A stretch of DNA of 64,000 nucleotides. Source: Takakia lepidozioides (Eukaryota; Plantae; Bryophyta). This document shows, in pieces, positions 51,246 to 61,348 of the stretch (within the stretch, counting starts at the first letter, position 1; each line of letters opens with the position of its first letter). Under the pieces are notes generated by a model. It was not told the origin of the DNA. It saw nothing but the letters and a program-made list of their open reading frames with translations, and made no database searches. The stretch lies in the NCBI GenBank assembly GCA_030704615.1, contig CM060732.1:28086001-28150000 (forward strand), given 5' to 3'. A program made the translations under genes and the position numbers.

Positions 51246-53613
51246 TAGGTTCGGGCGATTATAGCAGCATCTTCATATAATGAAGATTCAGAACTTCAAG
51301 GGTAATCAATCATCCCTCTTGTTGTCTTCTCCATTGCATAGGGTGGTGGATGCAACGTCCGGGGAGAACCGGCAGCCAGTTACATGCTAGCCGACTGAAT
51401 TCCAGAATTTCCGAATGAAATATGAAACCTCAGGAAATGGATCTGAGGGAAAAAATGGCCGAAGTGGAAATCAACCGGGTGCCCTACTTTTAGGAAGGAT
51501 ATTTGCCTTTCCATTTCATTACAGACAGGAAATCTGCCTTAGTTGGCAAGGCCTGGACGGATTCCAGCCCTTCTTATATTACAAAAAAGGGAAATGGCCG
51601 TCGAAGTCCACCACATGGCAGAAATCCAACGTGCCAGGCCGGGTTACATCCAAGGAAGGGCGTTTAGGTGAAAAAATATTGAACTCAAAGAGGGCGGGCC
51701 CGCGGGCAAACCCTACTAAGTCTGGACGTTGCTCTCGCAGCCCCAGCCACACGCCTGCTTGCACTCGCGGCCTGCTATCACAGCTCACCTGTCCACGCGG
51801 GTTCAATTCTTGGCCTCCATGTGGTTTGAAGGCATTGACAGGTCCAACTTCTATAAGGATACAATGTTCTTCACTTGTTTGAATTGCTTAAAACTGGTTG
51901 TGATTATTTATTTTTATTATTATTTACTTATTGTTGTGCATTTGACACTTGTGTTGTCAACCGGTTGATATTTATAAGGGCCGGATTTATAGCTGAACAC
52001 AAAATAAATCATTAGGAATATTACCGGTTGTAAAGAAATTATCTCGGAAATTGACCGGGTATAGTTACCACTAAGGGGCAGCAACCGACTGCCCAACCCA
52101 CTTAGCCGATTGCTGCTGGGACTGAGCGGCTACTGGCTGGTTCAACTGAAATTATTTCCTGGACGCTGGGTGGATGAAATGGAAACGTTCCTCATCATTT
52201 TCCCCTCATCATTTTCCCCTTACCAAGACTGCTTTTATTGACTTGGAGGAGCCTATGTAAATGCGCTTCTTCGACTCACACTAGCTGCACAATCCAAAGG
52301 GGGATCCATACTCTCTCAACCTTTTTTTTTCCTCTCTCTTGCATTCATTGAAGGTGAGGAAAAGTAATAGTGATTCTGGTGGGCAGACCTTGAGGGTCCA
52401 TTTCTTTGATGGGTGGCAGGTCCTACCCACATAAACACACGAATTACACCTCATGAATCCACACAATGAAACCCTACAGATTCATCGCTATGAAACCTAA
52501 CTGATGGGCCAGGACTATGCGTTCGACCCAAATCACCTGCAACAAGCAACTCATATGCTTGGAGAAGCGCATCAGTAGCAATGATGAGAAACGTTTCCGT
52601 TTCATCCACCACCTTGTGCAAGGGAGAATTGACCACCCTTGACCCTTGACCACCCTTGACCACCCTCTGAAGCTTCATTATATGAAGACGCTGCTCTAAC
52701 CACCCAAACCCACTTCTCATGTGATCAAGCATGGTCTGTTGCGCCTATTGCATCTGCAAAATGGCTTTAATGGCCGTCATCATTGTGCTTGGATCTCCTA
52801 GAATCACAACATTCTATCTACAAAACGCATAATGGCATGTTCGCAAGTCGGGGACCTGCCCTCAATGTCATCATGTAAGGCTATTGGTCAGCCATCCTGC
52901 ATGCATTAAAGTAAGTAAGAATCTCCAGAAGACATCTCACAAGGTCAAGACTGTCTGTGTGAGGGGAAGAAGATCCAACACAAAAACAGAGCACACCTAT
53001 TGTCGGGGGAAATTGGCTGATAGCCCACCTACAGCACTCGCTAGTGCTATTTGGTGCTATTTGGTGAAAGGACTAGCTACGGTCTGCACATTATTGTGGT
53101 TCCTATAGAACAGTGCAGAGCGACAATTCAATCACACAGAGACGGACGTTCTTATTATACGTTGGCAACGACGAATTTTATTATAACATAGTCCCAATGG
53201 CAATGAATACCTCCCGGAGTGATTTTTATAGGCTAGATTGTACCTGCAAATGTTGAAGCTCTGCAGAGCTAGTGGTGAAGAGGAAGAAGCTAGACGACAA
53301 GACAATGAAGGTGAAAACGGCCGACTCCCGTGCGTTCAGCGTGGACGGGAGATGGAGCCTCAAACACTAATGAACCATAAAACCCTAGGGTTTAGGATCC
53401 CTGACGCCACCAGGTTCTCATGTTGTTCTCTAGGGCACCCCAGATATTTTGCAAAAGTTGTGGGACTTTGTTGTTTGACACCAGTGTAGACGTGTAGCCC
53501 CATTTACCCTTTTTGGCACTCATTTCACATTTTACAAAATCATCGGAAGCACTGTCCTTAGCCCATTATTCCGGAAGCAGGAAAATAAGGGCCCCAAATT
53601 GTGGTAAGGGCTA

Positions 53614-55204
53614 CCCTAGTGGGATAGCCGGTTAGGCACTCGCCTGCCTAATAATCACTAGGAATGCCCACTTTGCTATTTTTCCTGAATTTCCAGCGAC
53701 CCAAAGTACTTGAAATTCCACATCTCCCACACCGCAGGTCCCAAAATCATGAGACCAAGCCCGTGCACCCCTCCTCGTCGAGAGCTTCCCAACGGTACCA
53801 AGCACCAGGGCTAGGGCCTCGCGGTTGGGGACATCTCAAATCTACAAAACAAACAAAACAAAATAAAACAAAACAAACGTCTCAATTCATATATTGATTG
53901 TTGGGGCCATTTGGCACTTAGGCACTTTCGATCAATTAGGCAACTAAAAATATTGATCACAAAATAAAAATACAAAAATATAAAAATGTGACAGCCGATG
54001 CCAATTGAAGGGCACCAATGCCAATTCAAAGGCACCAGTGTTTATTATTGAAGGCATGCGGTAATTCCCACAGTGCCATGGATGAAAATTGAAAACTGAG
54101 TCCATGGATGATGTTTTTAAGAAAAACTCAGCCACATCACCTACGGGCCCACTACCCTAGCAGCTTTCCTCAGCCCTTCTTGCTATGGAATGTTGGAAAA
54201 CTTTCCAATCACTGGCGTGTGGTCGGACGTGTGGTCGGACTAGGGATTGAACCTAGGATCTCCCCCATTCCAGTGGGGTGTTCTACCACTGAGCTACCCG
54301 TCCCGTTCTATTTTCAAAGTGTCGTGCAAGGGCTATAGCCTTGACACCTCCAACACTCCCCCTAAAGCATAGCCCTTATAGTTGATGCCCACCACCCCAA
54401 CCTTGGCTCTGATACCATGTTGGAAAACCACTAGCGTGTGGTCGGGCTAGGGATTGAACCTAGGACCTCCCCCATTCTAGTGGGGTGCTCTACCACTGAT
54501 CTATCCGTCCCATTTTGCTCTCAGAGTGCTGTGCGAGGGCTTTAGCCTTGACACCTCCAACAACTGTTAGAATCTAATCATTATGTAGACCCAGTGTGTA
54601 AGCGTATAATCGAGAGAGAGAGTTGAGACAGAATAAAAGCGTTGTATTGAAGTCTCTGAATGAATCTTATATATCTACAACATTGTCTCTTGAGTTTGAG
54701 ATATCTACAATAGTGTCTCTCAAGTTATAAGATATGAAAGGGTTTTAACTACTAGACTTACTATCCTAGTGGATGTTACTATCCCACTAACATAGAAGAT
54801 GTCCTTGATATAGTTGATAGCATGAGTAGATGTTTGGCAAATCTGCATATTGTAGACGAAGAGCTTCCTACTCTCAATGATAGTTCAGAGTCCGAAGGAG
54901 AGCCTGGATACAAGGCTAATTATGATGAGATACTTGAGTCAATGCAAGGACCTATGGAGGTTATCTGGAGCTAGTATAAGCATCAAATAGTATGAAGTAG
55001 AAAAAAACTGGATATCATTTTTAATTATTTTATTTTTATATTTTAAAATTTAAGTTCAAGTTTTTATACCATTAGGCACTTTTAGAGAAATTTTTGAAAA
55101 ATTAGGCACTCTTTGAAGATAATTTTTTTTAACTAGGCACTCTTATCAAAAATAATTTACTTGGATTAGGCACTATTCTGCCTAATCGGCTATCCCCACT
55201 ATGG
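53614..55204. mobile_element. Non-autonomous TA-TSD DNA transposon related to 50538-51245; contains the TRIM
   Basis: TA-CC(C/A)TAGTGGG(G)ATAGCCG(G/A)TTAGGCA inverted termini; subterminal TAGGCACT repeats. Confidence 0.75.
54191..54562 (-). mobile_element. TRIM (miniature non-autonomous LTR retrotransposon) with a tRNA-like sequence in each LTR
   Basis: LTRs 54191-54355 and 54418-54562 (TGTTGGA...TCCAACA); 62-bp internal region with PBS TGGTATCAGAGCC and PPT AGGGGGAG on the minus strand; no TSD seen. Confidence 0.92.
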
Positions 55205-56336
55205 TAATCGTGAAGGTCGAAAAAATAGAGAGTATTGGGGCGGTCAATAGAGAGGGAGGGCACGGCCGTTGAAATGGGTGAAATGTGAGGCCATGTATAC
55301 TAGAGGCCAGCATAGAAGTAGGAGGTGGGCCCTCCTTCTAGAGATAAGCAAGATGAGGCGGTGGCCCCCTCTAGAAGGATCCACAAGAGTATATAATGAG
55401 GGTGAGGGCTACATTTTACAGGTTTTTTTTTTTTTTTTAAAGAGGTAAAGAGGGCGGAGGCCCTTTTATTCAAATTAATTTTAAAAAAAATGTCACAACA
55501 AGTGGAAAAAATAACCACCCAGGAAGGTTGTGAAGGCTAAATAAGGGGGAACTTCCCCGGAGCCAAAGCTAACTTGCTACAAGAGGTGCTAGACAAGGTT
55601 CTAACCATCTTCAATAAGGAGTTGAAACTTTTTTTTTTTTTTTTTTTGGACATTGTGTTTACTATTCATAAATCGGACACTCTACTCAAATGCACTGCTG
55701 CTTTATTTATTTATAAACCTACCTACATGAGGTCGCTGTATAGAGGATGAAAAATTCCCAAAGCAAGGGAAGATTTGTGAACCTAATTGAATGATAAAGT
55801 TACTTTACAGAGCTAATCTCATCCAATCGACCCCTAAATCATTCAATTTTTTATCAGATTTCGGAAATCCCCACCATTGAGCATTTGCCACACTTGAAAT
55901 GCGGGCAGCACACGCATTGGGAAGTACTTGTTTGTCATGTGGCGGATTTTTATATAGCAACCTACCATTCACACCCAATATAATACCTTTTATTTAAAAG
56001 AAAATAATAATCATAATAATAATACAGGAATCCAAGGCATGAAATCTGACATGATTTGAGTTGAAACTCCAAAAACTAAGTACAGTCAGAGTGAAATTTG
56101 CAGTGAATGACAGAGAGCCACCATAGAAACAATGAGCCTGCAATTGAGCTACACATTTCAAAACTCACCGCCTCCCTCCACCTGCAGCTCTTAGGAATCT
56201 CATTGACATAATCAAGCAACTACAGGCTTAGCTGCTGCTTTCTTTCTTATCTCCAAGCTTCATACTTTGTTTCCTGTTTAGTGCCCTCCTGTGCTCCAGC
56301 TCGTTGCACTAAGGCCTCCTCAATCCCTAAACTCTT

Positions 56337-57146
56337 TGTCGTACGCATACATATCGCTACACAACTCCATCGCTGTCCAAAACCACACAACACATGTGCA
56401 CACCACACACTAGTATACCACTAGTCCAACCACTAGGCTACAACTAGTCAGTCACTAGGCTGCCACTATGCTGCCCACTATGGCAGTCACTAGTCCACAC
56501 AATCGTCCCCCTAGCTGGTGCTTAGGTCCCTCTAAGTCCAGGTAGCCACAAGATGTAATAGTGACCATAGCCTCACTAAGTCCTCCACCACTGTCCCTAC
56601 TACACTCAAACTGGATAGATCAAGAGGCCGGGTGCAAGAGTTGTCCCATCGTTAGTCGTCATCTTGCAACCTGTGAACTTGAGTCTGGGATCTCGTGTAT
56701 TGACTCCTATGAGCTTGGTCTCCCATGTCTTGTTAGCTGCCTCTAGTCATGTCCACTGCCACTATCCCAAGCAGTGTGGACATAACCAATCTCCATCAGG
56801 AACCCTCTCAAGAGGTGGTGTCAAGCATCCCATATGCCAACCTCTTGAGCATCGATCACACACTAGCATGGTGGTTGCTCTTTTGGCAGACCCACAGAGC
56901 ATGCACCTCAAACCTGCAGGTACCACTGCCAGTTTGGGTCAACTTTGCCATCGACATTGGAAAGGTGACATTGCGCACAATTACGCACATGGTCTTTCCA
57001 AGTCATGTCATCCCGATCCTCCAAGATCAGGACTCCTGAGGGCAACACCTCTCGAACCCTCAGAATAACACGCCCTACAGTGACATCCAGGGTCGTAGGG
57101 GCAGTCTGCTGCAAATAAACATAGTCACCAGGGCTAAACCTCCGAA
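56337..57146 (-). mobile_element. Second copy of the PHD-integrase gypsy 3' end (LTR 56337-56501, PHD 56762-56908)
   Basis: Colinear and highly similar to 32040-32866, with the same TGTCG terminus. Confidence 0.9.
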
Positions 57147-57519
57147 GGACGTGATTTCCGCGTGAGCGTGAGCTCACGCGGAGGTGATGTGGCGTGAGCG
57201 TGGGGTCACGCTGACGTGGCGTGGGCCTGCTGACGTGTCAATATCCTGCTGACATGGCAGTCGTTAGAATAACGTGACATCTGGACAACTTGCCAGATGT
57301 CATGTCATCAGAAACATGTAGCACCTATAGCCGAGGGGCCTATAGCCGTGGCATTCATTCATGCAAAACACCAGAAATTAAAATGCAGGAACGACTTGTG
57401 AAAGCATTTGCATCCATTCCATTTATTTTTGAACGACTACACACAAGAAAGAAATTGCACACATTGCACAACATAATTGGAGGCTGCATTGGCATCAAAT
57501 ATATGAAGGGACATCAAGT

Positions 57520-60500
57520 TCAAGTTTCAACTCTTGTGAAATCCAGTAATGGAATTTGCAGATGACCAAAGTGAAGAGGATGTTTTGTGCTCCTATCCCG
57601 CTGCATAAGTGTATTCACCTCGTTGAAACTCATGGTGGCCTGATGAATGAAGATGTCGCATCTGGCATCACGTACCATTCTGTTCAAGAAGATAAAATAC
57701 AGATGTTTGCAGGGTATAAATTTGCATGTCTTTCCCAAACTTGTTGTAAGCATGCCAATAAAATCTGGACAGGTGCAGTTGGGGAAATTTGAAACTGTGA
57801 TGTCGTACAACCGGTCGTGCATTACGGATGTGGAGGTCATCATAGTGTAGATTCGTCCATACCCGGGATGTGGAACTTCCGTAGTGCCTGTAACACGACC
57901 TTGAAGCATTCGAGCGGATTCCACCTTGCCGAAATGCTCGGCAATCGGAGGGAAACGATGAACCAGCTTCCCATTTCGTTTTATTGGCCATGCATCAGCG
58001 TTCGGTGGTGGCACTCCAGAACTTGTTGAAGTAGAAGCACATGCATGTACAGAGGGGGCTCGCTGAAGGGAGAAGCATGTTTCCTCCAGCATGACAATCT
58101 CGTGAGTTGTGAGATGTGTCCCCACCTTCAGAGGCCAAATGCTTGGTGGAGGAGGCTTCATGACAACCGATGGTCGCACAGTCCCACGCACGTACCTACC
58201 ACAGTCGTCAGGGCAGAACCAGAATTTGTGGTTCTTCGCATCGGCTTGCCCGTAAGGCGTGAACAAACCAGTGAAGGTCGGAGCCGGAGTGCGGACCTTG
58301 CCTCTGGATATGGAGGACTTGCATTTCTCACGATTGGTTGCTCTGATTGTCGTGCACTTCACTCGAGACCCAACAGTGGTGCGTTCTATGTGCCAGACTT
58401 CGTCGAGGCACATGGACTCCACCACAGGGGGGAGCACGTTCGCCTCCTGCCCCATTGCACTCACTATGGGAGATGGCTGCCTTTGGCTTTGTGACAAAGG
58501 ATTGTCCGCACTGGATATGCCGGAAGTTGTCCATATCCGGCCTGTGGGAGTCCGCATCCGACCCAGGAGGGGTGTTCAATTTCCGTTTACAAGACCCAAA
58601 TCTCTCCTCACCCTCCAGATGGGGAACTCTAGACACCAGTGGAGTTCCTTCCGCACACATGCTGACAGCCCTGGCAATCTTGTTCGGATCCCCTGATCTT
58701 CTTGCTGCTCGCAACATCAACTCGGACTTTTCTGGACCCTTGCCACCAACGCCACCCCGCAAGAACTCCCGATATCTCGTCTGTTGTAGTAGAGCTTGAA
58801 TCAGATCATCTGCCGTCGCCACATACAAATCCCGGCCGCGCTTTCCAGATTGCTGCAACCATACATTGTGCACCGTCTCCGCCAGATTGCAAGAGGGCAT
58901 GTCTGCCATCTCCTCAATTGAGAAGTGCTGCAAAATGGAAAAACATATATCAAAAAGAGGACAGACACACCCCACCACAACAGACATGATTGGAAATGGA
59001 TACAAAGTCAATGAAATTTTCAAGTTTTCAAATGCACGCACCGTTGTCATGCATGCTCCCCATTGTCTGTACCGGAAGTGCCAAAATGCCAGCCAGTCTT
59101 CTAGCGCTCTCATACTATCTTCTGATGCAGCCCCAGATGAGAACCACCAGGCACTAATTGTCTAGAACAATGTATTCGCCTCTGCCATGCTTTTCGCATC
59201 TTTGTACTGTTTGCATAGCCTAAGATGAATAGGCTGCATTTCCGGTTTGATGTCTGCCTTTGTATGTTTCTCAAGGGACTGGGTCTAATGGAAAAGACAT
59301 GTTCGCTCTCTTCTTGGCATTGGCACCTTTGGATCTCCTGATCCAAACACAATGCGAATAGCATTGAAGTTCGTTTGAGCACTGTCTGCCATAAATCCGG
59401 CAAAATTTGGACATGGGACACCTTGGGAGTCCATAACGCGAATGAGACTTCTCCACATTAGCTGCTACGAATCCGCATCCTCTGATTGCATGTCACACAG
59501 TGCAATTGTCATGACCCGCCGGTAGAAAGGATCGTAAACATGACACGCCATTGTAGTCCAGTCTTTCACTCGTTTGATGTGATCAAACATACAGTTCTGA
59601 AGATCGCCACCCTTCTGCATGCGCTTCACAAGACTGACTCCGCTGCCCTCCCCGGCTGTGGACATTTGAAAATGTACACTTTATTGGACCCTTGACCTGG
59701 GAACACACTCTCTTGAATGTAGTCATACTTGCTTCGTCGCTTCGAAAATGTTATCAACGTACCCTCTGTTAGCAAAGCCCATCCTCAATGCATTCACCTA
59801 GTTTTTAATGTTCGGCAAGCTCAAGGTAGAGAAGTGATCCATAACATTGTCCAAGGCTGACCCGTCGAGTTTCCTGCCCACAGAATCTCCTTCACTAAGA
59901 ATATGGGTTTCCAGGAAAGTCTTGCTTGCTCCAAGAACAATTGTGGAGGTGGTGGCTGTTGGATTGCTCTCATACTCTTGTCTTATCAACCTGGATACTG
60001 TTTCAACGCTTTCCCTGTAATCCCCCTTCGACACTGGATGGTTGTGGAACCCGAAATGCACACCGGCTCTAGTCAAGGTTGGAAAACGGCGCACCACATA
60101 GTACATTCTTGCTCCACACACTGCCACACAGGAAGGCGTTTGTTTGCAGAACTTGCAAACGAAAGTGTTAGAGCTTGGAGGTGCTTCACCGGGCTTGAAA
60201 GGATTCTCGGCGACACCCTCCCACTCGCTTTGGTTCTGAACCTCTGACCGCAGGAAATGTCTGCAACTCAAATTCTCGCACCTCAAGTGCCCATTGCACA
60301 CCGCTCTCTTGAACACGAGCTTGTCATCATTTTGAATATTGGATGTCTTCGTTCTGCACCATGGGTGTCCATTGTGTCTCTTGTCCATTCCGTGCATGAG
60401 GCTCGAAACGGGTCCACCCCGCCCAGGTGGAGGCAGTTCGAAGACGACATCCCCATCAAAAGATTCTGGAAGGTACTGCACACGCTCAACAGGGACAGTG

Positions 60501-61220
60501 TCCCAGTCAATCCCCCGCAATTCACTCTTGAAACCGGGTATTCCCCCCATTGACTTCAGTTTAGGAATGACACTACACAGGTCCTTCAATTCCGGCACCA
60601 CGACCGCCGGAGAAGGAGCAAGAAAAGGATTTTTCGGGACGTCCTCCTCCGAGGAGTCAGAGAGTTCAACAATTTGTCTGGAAGTTGTGGGCTCCGTCTT
60701 CACGACCACATTCCTCTTGTCTTGAACAACAGAAGCAGCAGTTCCCGGCGTCACATACGAACCAATCGACTGCCGGCGAGGAGCTCCAAGGACTCTGTAT
60801 CTTCCTGGAGGAACTCTCCAAACCCTATTTTAAAGCTGACATACCGTTAAAGAGCCTTTCAGAAACAATTGTCAAAACAGTTGTTAAGCAGTTATGTGCC
60901 TTTACAGACACATGTGAAATGATGGCGGAGACCGACATCCCATGCCACCCCAATGTGTTCAGCCACGTGGTACCCGACATGCATTGAGTATAGGGTTTAA
61001 GAGGAATCGGCGTCGAACGAATGGAAGATGTTCGTCCGGGAGAATCCAAAAAATCTACTGAAATTAGTCATCCATCCGAATCAAATCCATGCGATGGCCA
61101 TACCTCCATAATGAAAGACAGCGGCCACCGCAGAATGGACGAGTGTGCCGTTAGGAGGGGGACACGTATGCAGTGAATACATGCATAACCGCCGAGAGCG
61201 ATGCCCCGGCTGCTACTCAT
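57520..61220 (-). pseudogene. MULE-family transposase: GCM-type Zn DNA-binding domain + DDE core + SWIM finger; several stops and frameshifts; start uncertain
   Basis: GCM-like C-x-G-x3-C-x4-C...CxxC...C...GxHxHP (60035-60373); MFD, GFMADSA, CLFH, CNLAETVH; SWIM CTCPDF...CKH; intron at about 58929-59040. Confidence 0.85.
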
Positions 61221-61348
61221 CGCACGACGTCTCTCATTCCAGTAGATCGTAGTTTTTCAAGCTGGAGAGTAGCAGGAGACAGAGTTTCGCGCGAGAGAGT
61301 GGAAGGCGTAGAAGACAGTCATTCTTTTTTACTTCAGCGCGAGAGAGA

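Noticed and set aside
54232-54304. Functional tRNA genes (also about 54438-54512 and 50972-51046)
   Set aside because: Embedded in LTRs or a SINE, with a 6-nt or degenerate anticodon loop and acceptor-stem mismatches; treated as TE-borne tRNA-like sequence
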